A stretch of DNA of 58,387 nt, taken from an uncultured Candidatus Saccharibacteria bacterium. GTDB lineage: Bacteria > Patescibacteriota > Dojkabacteria > J137. The notes under the pieces were generated by a model. That model was not told the origin of the DNA. It made no database searches and saw only the letters and a list, made by a program, of their open reading frames with translations. Below are positions 1 to 9,964 of this stretch, piece after piece. Position 1 is the first letter of the stretch. Each line of letters opens with the position of its first letter. Location of the stretch: contig CAZUKH010000003.1 in assembly GCA_964620955.1 (NCBI GenBank), forward strand, positions 6,587 through 64,973. Direction: 5' to 3'. The position numbers were made by a program, and so were the translations under genes.

Positions 1-1
1 T

Positions 2-301
2 GGAGATTTTGTTGCATCTGAAAAGTTGATTGATGAAAAAAGTTTTATAGATTTTTCTTTAAAGCTGGAATCTTTGCTAAAGCAAAATAATATTCCTGTA
101 AGGCAGATTATTTGGAATTCATATATTTCTGTAAAGTTGGAATCTGCTATAGATAATAAAGAGTTTTTATTTGTTTATGATGATTCGGATAGGACTTTCG
201 AGGAACAAGAAGTCGATTTTTTAAACATTATAAAAACTGGTCTTGTTAACCAATTTAGGATTTTTGATTTTAGAAGCAAAAATTATTCTTTGTCTTTATA
301 A
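2..301 (+). CDS. 3' part of a probable FtsQ/DivIB-like cell division protein (truncated by window edge)
   Basis: Frame is open from position 2; lies directly upstream of ftsA-ftsZ; C-terminal IFDFR resembles the FtsQ YxDLR end motif. Confidence 0.45.
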   Translation, partial: GDFVASEKLIDEKSFIDFSLKLESLLKQNNIPVRQIIWNSYISVKLESAIDNKEFLFVYDDSDRTFEEQEVDFLNIIKTGLVNQFRIFDFRSKNYSLSL

Positions 302-304
302 TAC

Positions 305-355
305 AAAATCACCTGTCTGTCGCCATGCAGACCGGACTTTAGTCCATGGTTTTTG
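305..355. repeat. Composite REP-like/IS200-IS605-end-like hairpin element, copy 1
   Basis: CCTGTCTG..CAGACCGG followed by GGACTTTAGTCCATGGTTTTT; near match to 17826-17870. Confidence 0.55.
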
Positions 356-383
356 TTGCGAGCCAATATCTATCTTGTATAAT
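356..383 (+). promoter_or_regulatory. Putative sigma70 promoter of ftsA-ftsZ
   Basis: TTGCGA (356-361), 16-nt spacer, TATAAT (378-383). Confidence 0.45.
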
Positions 384-449
384 TTGATGGTAAAATGTAA
401 ACTGATCGAACTAAGATGCCTGATTTTGTATTTATAAATTTTACTCAAT

Positions 450-1712
450 ATGTCTAATATAATTACTGCAATAGATATTGGCTCGCACAAGGTCGCTGCT
501 GTGATAACAGTTATCGATGAAAACGGAAAAGCAAAGGTTATTGGTGAATCTTCTCACCCTGCATATGGAATAAAAAAAGGCGAAATAACAGGTATTGAGG
601 AGGCTATGAACTCAATAGCTTCCGCACTTAATGGAGCAGAAAGGATGGCAGGATTAACAGTATCCTCAACATATGTAACAATAAATGGAAAAAACATTGT
701 CTCGAATAACAATAAAGGTGTTGTAGCTGTAGCTGACTCAGAGATTCTTGAAGAAGACGTTATTCGTTCACTAGAGCAGGCAAGGACAGTAGCCATTCCT
801 AACACTAGAGAAATAATTCATTTAATACCAAGAGAGTTTCTTGTTGATCAGCAAAGTGGGATTAAAAATCCAGTAGGAATGACTGGTTCGAGGCTGGAGG
901 TAGATTGCCATATTATTTCGGCACCAAACACGGCTATTCATAATATTGAAAGATGCATACAGAGTATTGGATTAAAACTAGATGGGATAGTATTTAGTGG
1001 TTGGGCTTCTGCTCAGTCTGTTTTAACCCCTACAGAAAAAGAACTGGGTGTAATGCTTTTAGATATTGGTGGTGGAACAACAACAATAACAACATTTGAT
1101 GAGGATGCTGTAACTTATAGTGCCTGTGTACCGTTTGGAGGAAGTAATGTTACAAGAGATCTTGCTGCAGGGCTTAGGCTTTTCTCTCTTGATGATGCGG
1201 AAAAAGTAAAAATAAATGCTAATGAATTAATAAAAAGAGCTTCTGCCAAGAAAAAAGGAGAAACTGATGTTATTGATATTGAAGAATTGAATATTGAAGG
1301 AGCAAATAAAACAATGTCTCGAAAGTTATTCTCGGAAATAGTAAATGCAAGAATTCAGGAAATATTTGCTATGGTAAAAGATAACGTTGAGCAAGCAGGC
1401 AACGAATTTAAACTACCAGCAGGGGTAGTTATAACAGGCGGATCTGCAATGTTGCCCGAAATAACGAGCGTTGCCAGTAAGGTTTTTGGAGTGCCGGCTC
1501 GAATAGGTTATCCGAGAGGTCTTGAAGGACTTGTCGATGGAATATCATCCCCAGCTTATTCAGCTCTTCAAGGACTAGTTATTAATGGAATGTCAGATGA
1601 TGGGTATTCATCAAACGGAGGAGGATCGCGATCTAAAAAAATATCTTCAGTGCAGCCTGCAGGCGGAATCTTCGGCAAGGTAAGGGGATTTATAAAAAAC
1701 CTGATGCCTTAA
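450..1712 (+). CDS. ftsA: Cell division protein FtsA
   Basis: AIDIGSHKV, LLDIGGGTT and VITGGSAML actin-fold motifs, PVGMTGSRLEV, C-terminal amphipathic helix; upstream of ftsZ. Confidence 0.97.
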   Translation: MSNIITAIDIGSHKVAAVITVIDENGKAKVIGESSHPAYGIKKGEITGIEEAMNSIASALNGAERMAGLTVSSTYVTINGKNIVSNNNKGVVAVADSEILEEDVIRSLEQARTVAIPNTREIIHLIPREFLVDQQSGIKNPVGMTGSRLEVDCHIISAPNTAIHNIERCIQSIGLKLDGIVFSGWASAQSVLTPTEKELGVMLLDIGGGTTTITTFDEDAVTYSACVPFGGSNVTRDLAAGLRLFSLDDAEKVKINANELIKRASAKKKGETDVIDIEELNIEGANKTMSRKLFSEIVNARIQEIFAMVKDNVEQAGNEFKLPAGVVITGGSAMLPEITSVASKVFGVPARIGYPRGLEGLVDGISSPAYSALQGLVINGMSDDGYSSNGGGSRSKKISSVQPAGGIFGKVRGFIKNLMP

Positions 1713-1822
1713 ACAGCTGAGTATAAAAGTTATACATGTGATTTAAAAAGTTGTACGTTTGTTCTTGCACTTTTAATATTTGTGCATTAAACTGTCTGGT
1801 ATTAAGAATTATCTTTGAACAT

Positions 1823-3007
1823 ATGTTAGTTAAACCACAAGCAACGTTAGCAGCTAAAATAAAAGTAGTAGGAGTAGGTGGCGGCGGAGGCAATGCCGTT
1901 AACACAATGATATCTCGACATAATATTGAAGACGTTGAGTTTATTGCAGTCAATACAGATGCACAGGCATTAATGAACTCAAAGGCTGACATAAAACTAC
2001 GCATCGGAGAGCAAATTACTCGTGGCTTAGGCAGTGGGGGAAATCCTGTTATTGGGAGAAAGGCTGCAGAGGAAACTGTAGATGTGTTGCACGAAAATCT
2101 TGCAGGAGCGGATATGGTATTTGTAACAGCTGGTATGGGTGGTGGTACTGGAACAGGAGCTGCTCCAATTGTAGCAGGAATAGCCAAAAATCTTGGCGCA
2201 TTAACAGTAGCAGTTGTCACAAAGCCGTTTCATTTTGAAATGCAAAAAAGAATGGATCAAGCTTTAAAAGGAATAGAAGAACTTAGAGATAAAGTTGATA
2301 CACTTATTGTTGTGCCAAATCAAAGATTGCTTGAGATTATGGATAAGAATTCATCGTTTATGGCAGCCATGGAAAAGGCAGATGACGTGCTTGCACAAGC
2401 TGTAAAGAGTATTGCCAACTTGATAACCCAAACTGGTCTTATAAATGTAGACTTTGCCGATGTTAGGTCAGTTATGTCGGATGGTGGAACAGCTTTAATG
2501 GGTATTGGTGAAGCCACAGGTGATAAAAGAGGTCAAGAAGCAGCAAAAATGGCAATTGAAAGCCCATTACTAGAAATTTCAATTGACGGCGCAAAAGGCG
2601 TTTTGTTCAATGTAGTTGGCGGAAAAGATATAAGTATGGCTGAAATTAATGAGGCAGCAGAAGTTGTTAAGCAAAAGATCGCTCCTGATGCAACATTTAT
2701 ATTTGGTGCTTCAATAGATCCTTCTTTTGAAGATAAGCTGCAAGTTACAGTCCTCGCAACTGGCTTTGACGAAAAGATGGCGAGTAAGGTTCTTTCGAAC
2801 ACAATGGAACCTAGGTCTAATTTGGATACTTTGGCTGCTCAAAGGTCTATGGCAGGTGAAGACGATTCAACACAGGATTCTAGTACTGATCAAGAATCTG
2901 TACTTGGAAACTTAGGTGGCAAAGCTTCGCAAGTAAGCCGTTCTTCAGTAGATGAAGATGAAATAGAAAATCTACCAAGTTTTTTAAGAAACAGACAAAA
3001 ACAGTAG
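1823..3007 (+). CDS. ftsZ: Cell division protein FtsZ
   Basis: [24 protein letters not shown] tubulin signature, INVDFADV, C-terminal LPSFLR; ATG at 1823 preferred over TTG at 1751. Confidence 0.99.
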   Translation: MLVKPQATLAAKIKVVGVGGGGGNAVNTMISRHNIEDVEFIAVNTDAQALMNSKADIKLRIGEQITRGLGSGGNPVIGRKAAEETVDVLHENLAGADMVFVTAGMGGGTGTGAAPIVAGIAKNLGALTVAVVTKPFHFEMQKRMDQALKGIEELRDKVDTLIVVPNQRLLEIMDKNSSFMAAMEKADDVLAQAVKSIANLITQTGLINVDFADVRSVMSDGGTALMGIGEATGDKRGQEAAKMAIESPLLEISIDGAKGVLFNVVGGKDISMAEINEAAEVVKQKIAPDATFIFGASIDPSFEDKLQVTVLATGFDEKMASKVLSNTMEPRSNLDTLAAQRSMAGEDDSTQDSSTDQESVLGNLGGKASQVSRSSVDEDEIENLPSFLRNRQKQ

Positions 3008-3008
3008 A

Positions 3009-3860
3009 TTAAACTGGTCTTGCAAGGGCAACATATCTTGAGGTGTTATTTCCAGAAGGGTAGCATGTAAAAAGAGTAAGCGTTCTTTTATTACGCTCAC
3101 CAGTAATTATTGAAAAGTCATCAGGTTCAACAATTTTGCTTTTATACATTCGATATGTATACCTTTTGCCTTCCACATCTAAAAAAATCTCATCTCCAAC
3201 TCTTAAGTTTGAAAGAAAAGAAAATGCCACCTCTGGATCGCGTGGGCTAGGGTTGTAATTGGGGCTAGCGCTATGTCCGTAAATAACCATGTTATTTTGA
3301 ACATCAGAAATTGGAAGGCCTGTATTTTCAAAGTGGGCTAATGAAGTTTTAAGCACAGAGTTATATACAGCCTCAGTAGTACTATCTACATTAGGAGTTA
3401 CTGGCAACGAATCAATGCCAAGGCTTGGGATACTAATATAAAAAGTTCCAGCATAATTTCTACTTGTGATATCTTCTTGAAGAATCTGCTGTTCAAAAGC
3501 TTCAGCTGCTACATCTTGAAGTCCTGCCGGGTTAGAAATAAACTGTGATCTATCGATATAATCAGAAGAGACGGGTGCGCTGCTTCCTTGGTCTCCAACA
3601 TTTACAGCCTGCTGGGCTATTGTTTGTAGTTCTGGATAAACAAATCGATAAATAAAAAATAAGCCTAAAATTACTAATGCACTTGGAATAATCAAGTTGG
3701 CAATTCGAGAGTTATTTACTAAAGATTGAAGTGCATCATACCCTCCACCCATTGTGTTCCAAAGCGTAGTTCTGTCTTTAGAATCTTGCTTAATTTCTAT
3801 GTATTTTGATCGACTATCTAAAAAATGGTTGTCAACTTTTTTATAACGATATAGCGCCAT
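3009..3860 (-). CDS. Sortase family protein
   Basis: N-terminal TM helix; catalytic His (YGHS), TLFTC and downstream Arg. Confidence 0.9.
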   Translation of the reverse strand: MALYRYKKVDNHFLDSRSKYIEIKQDSKDRTTLWNTMGGGYDALQSLVNNSRIANLIIPSALVILGLFFIYRFVYPELQTIAQQAVNVGDQGSSAPVSSDYIDRSQFISNPAGLQDVAAEAFEQQILQEDITSRNYAGTFYISIPSLGIDSLPVTPNVDSTTEAVYNSVLKTSLAHFENTGLPISDVQNNMVIYGHSASPNYNPSPRDPEVAFSFLSNLRVGDEIFLDVEGKRYTYRMYKSKIVEPDDFSIITGERNKRTLTLFTCYPSGNNTSRYVALARPV

Positions 3861-4011
3861 TTGATTAATTTGAATTTTCTAATAGACTTTGTTAACTTTT
3901 ATTATTATAATCCTTTATGCTTCAGACTAATTCTACCCGGCATATTGTAAATTCGTGCTAAAATTGTAGGCTTACTTTTACTCACTTTTAATTTTTACTT
4001 ATTTCATCATA

Positions 4012-5277
4012 ATGGCGATTACTTCAGATGACAAGCAAAAGGTAAAAAACCTTGTAATACTCGGGAAAAAGCAAGGATATTTGACCCAGGATGACATTTT
4101 AGCAGTTTTCCCTGAAATTGAGGAAAATCTCCAGCTGCTGGAGTACATAATTGCAAGCCTACAAGATGATGAAATAGAAATTATTGAACCAAGAACTGAA
4201 GCTTATGCTGAAGATAAAAAAACCAAACTAACTTTTGAAGAAAAGATAAAAATACTTAAACAAATTAAATCTCATGTAAGCACAGATCCAATAAGAGCAT
4301 ATTTACAAGAGATTGGTCGAATACCACTACTTAGCGCAGAAGAAGAGGTGATTTTAGCTAAAAGGTTTGAGAAAGGTACAGAAGAAATGCACAGAGTTAT
4401 TATCGAACTTGGTAATAAAAAAGAGCACGAGGATTATGTAAAGGCTGCTAAGAAAATCGTAAACGGTGAGTTAAGAGGAAAAGATATAGAAAAAGCCAGA
4501 AAAAGGCTTATAGAAAACGACCGAAGATTCACAAACAAAAATATTCGAGACGGAGTAGAAGCCAAAGATTTATTAACTACAGCGAACTTACGATTAGTAG
4601 TTTCTATAGCAAAAAATTACTTAAAACGTGGATTAGACTTACTTGATTTAATACAAGAAGGTAATCTTGGACTAATAAAAGCAGTAGAAAAATTTGAATA
4701 CAGAAAAGGGTTTAAGTTTTCTACCTATGCTACATGGTGGATACGGCAAGCAATTACACGTGCTATTGCAGACCAAGCAAGGACGATTAGAGTTCCTGTA
4801 CACATGATTGAGACTATTAATAAATTAAGCAAAATTTCTTCTCAACTTGCATCTAAACTAGGGCGTAAACCAACTCCTAAAGAAGTAGCAAAGGTAATGG
4901 GACTTTCTCCAAAGAAAGTACAAGAGATCCTTAAAATATCGCAAAAGCCACAATCGCTTGAAACTCCAATTGGAGAAGATGGTGAAAACAGCCTTATTGA
5001 CATAATTGCTGATGAGTATACTGCTTCGCCACAAGAGCTTGCGACATATTCTTTTCTTAAAAAACAGATTAATGAAATACTGGGGGGGTTATCTGACAGA
5101 GAAAGAAAAGTTATTGAATTAAGGTTTGGATTAGTTGATGGGGTAACTCGTACACTTGAGGAAGTAGGTCACGAATTCAATGTAACAAGAGAAAGAATAA
5201 GGCAAATTGAGGCTAAAGCACTAAAGCGCATGAAAAGCGAAGAAGTGGCACAGGCCCTTAGAGATTATCTGGACTAA
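4012..5277 (+). CDS. rpoD: Primary sigma-70 factor
   Basis: Region 1.1, [61 protein letters not shown]. Confidence 0.96.
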   Translation: MAITSDDKQKVKNLVILGKKQGYLTQDDILAVFPEIEENLQLLEYIIASLQDDEIEIIEPRTEAYAEDKKTKLTFEEKIKILKQIKSHVSTDPIRAYLQEIGRIPLLSAEEEVILAKRFEKGTEEMHRVIIELGNKKEHEDYVKAAKKIVNGELRGKDIEKARKRLIENDRRFTNKNIRDGVEAKDLLTTANLRLVVSIAKNYLKRGLDLLDLIQEGNLGLIKAVEKFEYRKGFKFSTYATWWIRQAITRAIADQARTIRVPVHMIETINKLSKISSQLASKLGRKPTPKEVAKVMGLSPKKVQEILKISQKPQSLETPIGEDGENSLIDIIADEYTASPQELATYSFLKKQINEILGGLSDRERKVIELRFGLVDGVTRTLEEVGHEFNVTRERIRQIEAKALKRMKSEEVAQALRDYLD

Positions 5278-5315
5278 ATTAGTAAAAACTGATAGTTTAA
5301 AGAAGTTAAATTACT

Positions 5316-6128
5316 TTGCTGGATAAATCAATAGTTTCTCACAAAGACAGATTTAGAGTTTGGATAGAGCAGGCAGAGCATGATCTTGGTGCCGCCAAAA
5401 TTTTACTGGATTCGAATTACCATGAGTGGGTTTGTTATCAGTCTATTCAGTCAGTCGAAAAAAGTCTTAAATCTGTCATTGTTCATGCAGGTTTTCGTCC
5501 CCCTAAAACTCATAAGCTAGGTGTACTTGTAAGCATGTGTAATAGGGCTAATAGTCATTTCTTTGATGTGAAATTTAACTTTCGAAAAATCGAAGGTTAC
5601 ACGTTTATGTCTAGGTATCCATTTGTGGTACCAGGGCTAACCAGTACACCACATGAAATTATTACCAAGAATGATGCAAGTGCTTGTATTTCGGTTGCGG
5701 GCGATATTCTATCAAAAGTAAAAAGTTTTCTTTATGATCAAAAAGCACAAATACATTCAGATATAAAGCTTGAAGATTACTATTTTACGAAAGAAGAAGT
5801 TGATGACAGGCTTAATCAGATTAAAAGAGAGCTATTGGATTCAAAAGAAATGCAGATTCAAAGAATAACACTATTTGGTGCTTTTGCGCGTGAAACTACG
5901 GTCCCTAAAACATCAACAATGGACCTTCTTGTTATAGCTACGACACAGTTAAGTTTTGTTGAAAGAATTCAATATGTGCGGGAAATAACAAGGGGTGGTG
6001 AACCTATTGTAGAACCTTTAGTTTATACTCCGGATGAGTTTTCTCTCATGACAGAAGAAATTGGAGAAGGTTTTCTTGAGAGTGCAATTGAGGAGGGCAG
6101 AGTGATTTTTGAAAATCACCCCGCCTAA
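5316..6128 (+). CDS. HEPN domain fused to a minimal nucleotidyltransferase (MNT)-like domain
   Basis: N-half W.EQAEHDL..QSVEKSLK..KTHKL..SRYP (HEPN); C-half ITLFGAFARE..STMDLLVI..VEPLVYTPDEF (MNT-like); TTG start uncertain. Confidence 0.8.
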   Translation: MLDKSIVSHKDRFRVWIEQAEHDLGAAKILLDSNYHEWVCYQSIQSVEKSLKSVIVHAGFRPPKTHKLGVLVSMCNRANSHFFDVKFNFRKIEGYTFMSRYPFVVPGLTSTPHEIITKNDASACISVAGDILSKVKSFLYDQKAQIHSDIKLEDYYFTKEEVDDRLNQIKRELLDSKEMQIQRITLFGAFARETTVPKTSTMDLLVIATTQLSFVERIQYVREITRGGEPIVEPLVYTPDEFSLMTEEIGEGFLESAIEEGRVIFENHPA

Positions 6129-6136
6129 AAGTTTTT

Positions 6137-7663
6137 CTACTTGGCTTCTTCTTCGGCCCTATATTCTCTAATTACTGTAACCTTTATAACACCAGGGTAG
6201 GATTGTGTGTCTTCAATTTCTTTAGCAATCTTAAATGCCATCGCTTTTGCATCTTCGTCAGAGGCCTTATCAGGCTTTACAATAACTCTTACCTCCCTTC
6301 CTGCCTTAATTGCAAAAGATTCTTTTACGCCATTATATCGGTTTGCAATATCTTCAAGGGCTCTAATTCTTTGAACATATTCTTCATAGCTATCTCTTCT
6401 GGCACCAGGCCTTGCCCCTGAAATTGCATCAGCAATTCTTACAATTTCTGATTCTGTGTATTTGGCATCAATGTCAAAGTGGTGTGCTTCAATTGCATTA
6501 GCTAATACTTCATCTCCTTTGAAGTGCTTCCTAGCTATTTCAGCAGATATATGGTGGTGTTGTTTTCCTTCCTCTGGAATTACTTTACCAATGTCATGAA
6601 GCAAACATGCAAGCTTAGTAGTCCTTACGTTTGCTCCAAGCTCTTCTGCAAGTGCTGCTCCGATTTTTACCATTTCAAGAGTGTGTTTAGCTAGGTTTTG
6701 ACCATAACTATAGCGGTATTTAAATCTTCCAAGAAGCATAATAATTTCTTGCGGAAGGTCGTGGAACCCAGTTTCATAAGCAATTTCTTCACCTGTTTTA
6801 CGAATTTCCTTAAGCATGTCTTTCTTTACTTTCTCGATAGTTTCTTCAATTGAAGCTGGGTTTATCCTCCCGTCTTTGAGTAACTTTTGCAGGGCTAGAG
6901 CTCCAACTTCTCTTCGAATAGGGTCAAAACATGAAATAGTAACCTGGTTTGGGGCCTCATCAATAATAACATCTACACCGGTGAGTCTTTCAAATGCCCT
7001 TACATTTCGGCCATCTTTCCCAATAATTCTACCCTTAAGATTATCATCATCAATTGTTACTGATGTTGTTGTTGTCTCGGCTGTAAAATCTACAGCACTT
7101 TTTTGCATTGCATCTACCAGAATTTTTTGTGCAATTTGCTCTGATTGGATGCTTATTTGTGCCTCATTTTCTTTAACTTTTTTTGCTGTCCAATCCGATA
7201 GTTCTTTTTCGGTCTGTTTCTTAAGTTCTTCTGCGGCCTCTTCTTTGCTCATTTGAGCTACCTTTTCAAGTTTGGCACCAAGGGCATCTTCTTGTCTTTT
7301 TAACTCTTGTTTTTTAACTTCAAGATCTTTTTCTTTATCTTCTAAACTATTAACTCGTTTATCAAGATTGTTTGATCTTTGCATTAGGGCTGATTCACGA
7401 TCGGTAATAATTTTTTCTTGCTCTTTAAGTTTTTCTCGGGCAGATTTAGATGATTCTAAAGCAAGATCTTCAAGCTCTTTGGCTTTTTTTTCGGCTTCAA
7501 TAAGCTTTTCTTTAGCAATTTGGCTTGCTCGCTCAATAGCTTCTAACTCAGAAAGTTGTTCAGGCTTGTTATTAGAAAGTTTTTGCACTTGCTGGTAAAG
7601 GTACAAAATACCTCCTCCGGCTGCTACTAAAAGTAAAATTAGTGCAAGTAATATAAGTTCCAT
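6137..7663 (-). CDS. rny: Ribonuclease Y
   Basis: N-terminal TM, coiled coil, KH domain KGRIIGKDGRN, HD domain LLHDIGK, AIEAHH, ADAISGARPGAR. Confidence 0.97.
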   Translation of the reverse strand: MELILLALILLLVAAGGGILYLYQQVQKLSNNKPEQLSELEAIERASQIAKEKLIEAEKKAKELEDLALESSKSAREKLKEQEKIITDRESALMQRSNNLDKRVNSLEDKEKDLEVKKQELKRQEDALGAKLEKVAQMSKEEAAEELKKQTEKELSDWTAKKVKENEAQISIQSEQIAQKILVDAMQKSAVDFTAETTTTSVTIDDDNLKGRIIGKDGRNVRAFERLTGVDVIIDEAPNQVTISCFDPIRREVGALALQKLLKDGRINPASIEETIEKVKKDMLKEIRKTGEEIAYETGFHDLPQEIIMLLGRFKYRYSYGQNLAKHTLEMVKIGAALAEELGANVRTTKLACLLHDIGKVIPEEGKQHHHISAEIARKHFKGDEVLANAIEAHHFDIDAKYTESEIVRIADAISGARPGARRDSYEEYVQRIRALEDIANRYNGVKESFAIKAGREVRVIVKPDKASDEDAKAMAFKIAKEIEDTQSYPGVIKVTVIREYRAEEEAK

Positions 7664-7885
7664 AAATTAAACGTAATATTTAATATTATGGAAATAGATA
7701 ATGGGGGACTAAATCTTATGCGACAAAGTATATTCAGCCATGTATAGTTTATATAACTTAGCTAAATTTCTTTGTGGTGTTTGTTTCAAATTAAACAGTT
7801 CAATAACCATAGATTTAGTTTACCAGTATTAAATATTTCCAAATTGAATAACATTATATCACAAATTTCTCAAAATATTTTTTGG

Positions 7886-9004
7886 TTAATTTGTTCGTTG
7901 AGGGTCAAAGTATTCGCCTGCTTTTATAACGCCTCGTCTAACGAGTTCGTCCTGCATTTGTTTAATTTGAAGGTTTTTGTGCGCAAGCAGATTTTGCAGT
8001 GTGACATGCATGTTTTTCAAGTCAGCTACTTCACTTCGTAGTTTAATAACTTCAGACTCTGTTTTATCACTTTTATCTCTTAGTTCTTTTGCGTCTTTGG
8101 CATCTTTTACAAGTTCTTCGTGATCTTTAGACTTAATAATTTTTTTAAGTAATTCGTCTTCGCTTATACCCATATTTAAGAAGGTATTTAAATCAATTTG
8201 AGAAGGCTCTTTATTTAAGTACTTTTTATAAGACTTCTCAATCATCTTTTTTCTTTGGTCACGATCCATTGTTAAGCTGTTGTTTGTGGTAGAAGTTCCA
8301 GGAGCAGAAGCAAGAATATTATCGTTTCCCATTGTATTACCAAAGTTCCCAAGACCAAAGTTTCCAAAAGTTGAATTTCCACCTAGACCGAAATCGAAGC
8401 CTGTATTGGCTGTTGCATTTGTTTGTGGAGCGTGAAGTTTTGGAGGAGTGTCTACATATTTTTTTATTGCTTCGGCTAGTGCTTTAGAAAGTTCATCGAG
8501 CTTAGCATCATCTTTAAGAATTTTATAGTCTTCATCATTATCAATATATAAGAGTTCAATCGCTATTGCTATTGGGTTGGTTTGGTTTAGAATTAATAAA
8601 GACTTGAGTTCATGTTCAAATTCGCTTTTAGGTCCTTGATTTTGGTAACCAGTTTTTTTACAAACCTCATCTGTAACTATCTTAGCTAAATCTTCTGAAT
8701 TGTTGCTTCCAGCTTTACCGCTAAACCAAGTTTCTATGCCCCTTTTACCACCATCGTTTACGTGTATTTCGATAAATATATCTCCAGATTCTTCTTTGTA
8801 ACCAGTATCGTTAATCCAGTCAATTCTTTGGATAAGGTTTAGATCTACAGGCACTGCTTTGTGTTCTACTTTTAAGTTAGTTAAGTGAGAATCAGTTTTT
8901 TGAAGGATTTTTCGTGTTAAGTCAAATTCGCGCAAGTCTTTAAAAACAGCGCCAGGACTCATGCTGGTGTGCGCTGCGGATATTAATACTTTTGGAATAG
9001 CCAT
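7886..9004 (-). CDS. N-acetylmuramoyl-L-alanine amidase (Amidase_3) with C-terminal helical/coiled-coil extension
   Basis: ISAAH..REFDL..IEIHVN..IAIELLYIDN metal/catalytic pattern; ATG at 9004 lies 6 nt after TATAAT. Confidence 0.8.
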   Translation of the reverse strand: MAIPKVLISAAHTSMSPGAVFKDLREFDLTRKILQKTDSHLTNLKVEHKAVPVDLNLIQRIDWINDTGYKEESGDIFIEIHVNDGGKRGIETWFSGKAGSNNSEDLAKIVTDEVCKKTGYQNQGPKSEFEHELKSLLILNQTNPIAIAIELLYIDNDEDYKILKDDAKLDELSKALAEAIKKYVDTPPKLHAPQTNATANTGFDFGLGGNSTFGNFGLGNFGNTMGNDNILASAPGTSTTNNSLTMDRDQRKKMIEKSYKKYLNKEPSQIDLNTFLNMGISEDELLKKIIKSKDHEELVKDAKDAKELRDKSDKTESEVIKLRSEVADLKNMHVTLQNLLAHKNLQIKQMQDELVRRGVIKAGEYFDPQRTN

Positions 9005-9036
9005 AAGCTGATTATACAGCAAAAATCTGGGAATGG

Positions 9037-9906
9037 TTACAAGTCAGGTTGACCGATTTCTCTAAGAATTTTGTGGAGCTGATCTTCAGTTTTGAATGGA
9101 ATAACTATTTTACCTCCTACTTTTGATCGATAGAAACTTACTTGAGTTCCTAGTCTTTGTCTTAAGTTACTTTCGATTTTTTGAAGTTGATCGGTAAGCT
9201 CGATAGACCTGGTTTTGCGCTCTTTTGGAACTTGTCCTTTTATGAGTCTTCTTACAAGTTCTTCGACTGCTCGTACAGATAAGTGGTCTCTCAAAATGAT
9301 TTTATAGGTAGCTATCATTGTATCTTTACCCTTTAGACTCAATAATGCGCGGGCATGGCCTTCGCTAATTTTATTTTCAAGAAGCCCTCTTTTTATTTCA
9401 TCCGGCAGGGTCAATAGTCTTATTTTGTTAGCTATCGCAGGCCTGCTTAGTCCAACTCTTTTAGCAATTTGTTCGTGTGTCATAGAAAACATATTTTTAA
9501 GCTGCTCGAACGCCATTGCCTCCTCAAACGGGTTAAGATCTTCTCTTTGAACGTTTTCTATTACTGCTAACTCCAGCATATCTTTTGGGGTAGCTTCTTT
9601 AACAACTACAGGTACAGATTGTTGCCCTGCTAATTGAGCTGCTCGCCATCTTCTTTCACCTGCTATTATTTCGTATTTCCCTTCTTTATTGCGGGTTACT
9701 AATATCGGTTCAATAATTCCATGTTCTCTAATTGAATCAGCAAGTTCTACAAGCTTGTCTGGGTTGATTTCTATTCTAGGCTGATAGGGGTTAGGCACTA
9801 TCAGTTCAGTAGGCAGTTTAGGCAGATAACCTGTCGAAACCTCATCTACAGTGGATTCCGTGATTAGCGCAGATAAACCTTTACCAAGTCCAGATCTTTT
9901 GTTCAT
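9037..9906 (-). CDS. parB: Chromosome partitioning protein ParB/Spo0J
   Basis: GLGKGLSALI, NPYQPR, IIAGERRWRAA, ENVQREDLNP, HTH; ATG at 9906. Confidence 0.96.
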   Translation of the reverse strand: MNKRSGLGKGLSALITESTVDEVSTGYLPKLPTELIVPNPYQPRIEINPDKLVELADSIREHGIIEPILVTRNKEGKYEIIAGERRWRAAQLAGQQSVPVVVKEATPKDMLELAVIENVQREDLNPFEEAMAFEQLKNMFSMTHEQIAKRVGLSRPAIANKIRLLTLPDEIKRGLLENKISEGHARALLSLKGKDTMIATYKIILRDHLSVRAVEELVRRLIKGQVPKERKTRSIELTDQLQKIESNLRQRLGTQVSFYRSKVGGKIVIPFKTEDQLHKILREIGQPDL

Positions 9907-9964
9907 AATTTTAATAGTGTAATCAATAATGTCATAGTCACAGAGCAATATCAATAGAATGTTA

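Noticed and set aside
1751-1822. N-terminal extension of FtsZ from TTG 1751 (likewise ParB 9954, amidase 9022, pilin 34889)
   Set aside because: The extensions look non-coding; downstream ATGs match family N-termini and promoter spacing
5883-5898. parS-like half site (CGTGAAAC) near parAB
   Set aside because: Left arm does not match TGTTTCACGTGAAACA and it lies inside a CDS
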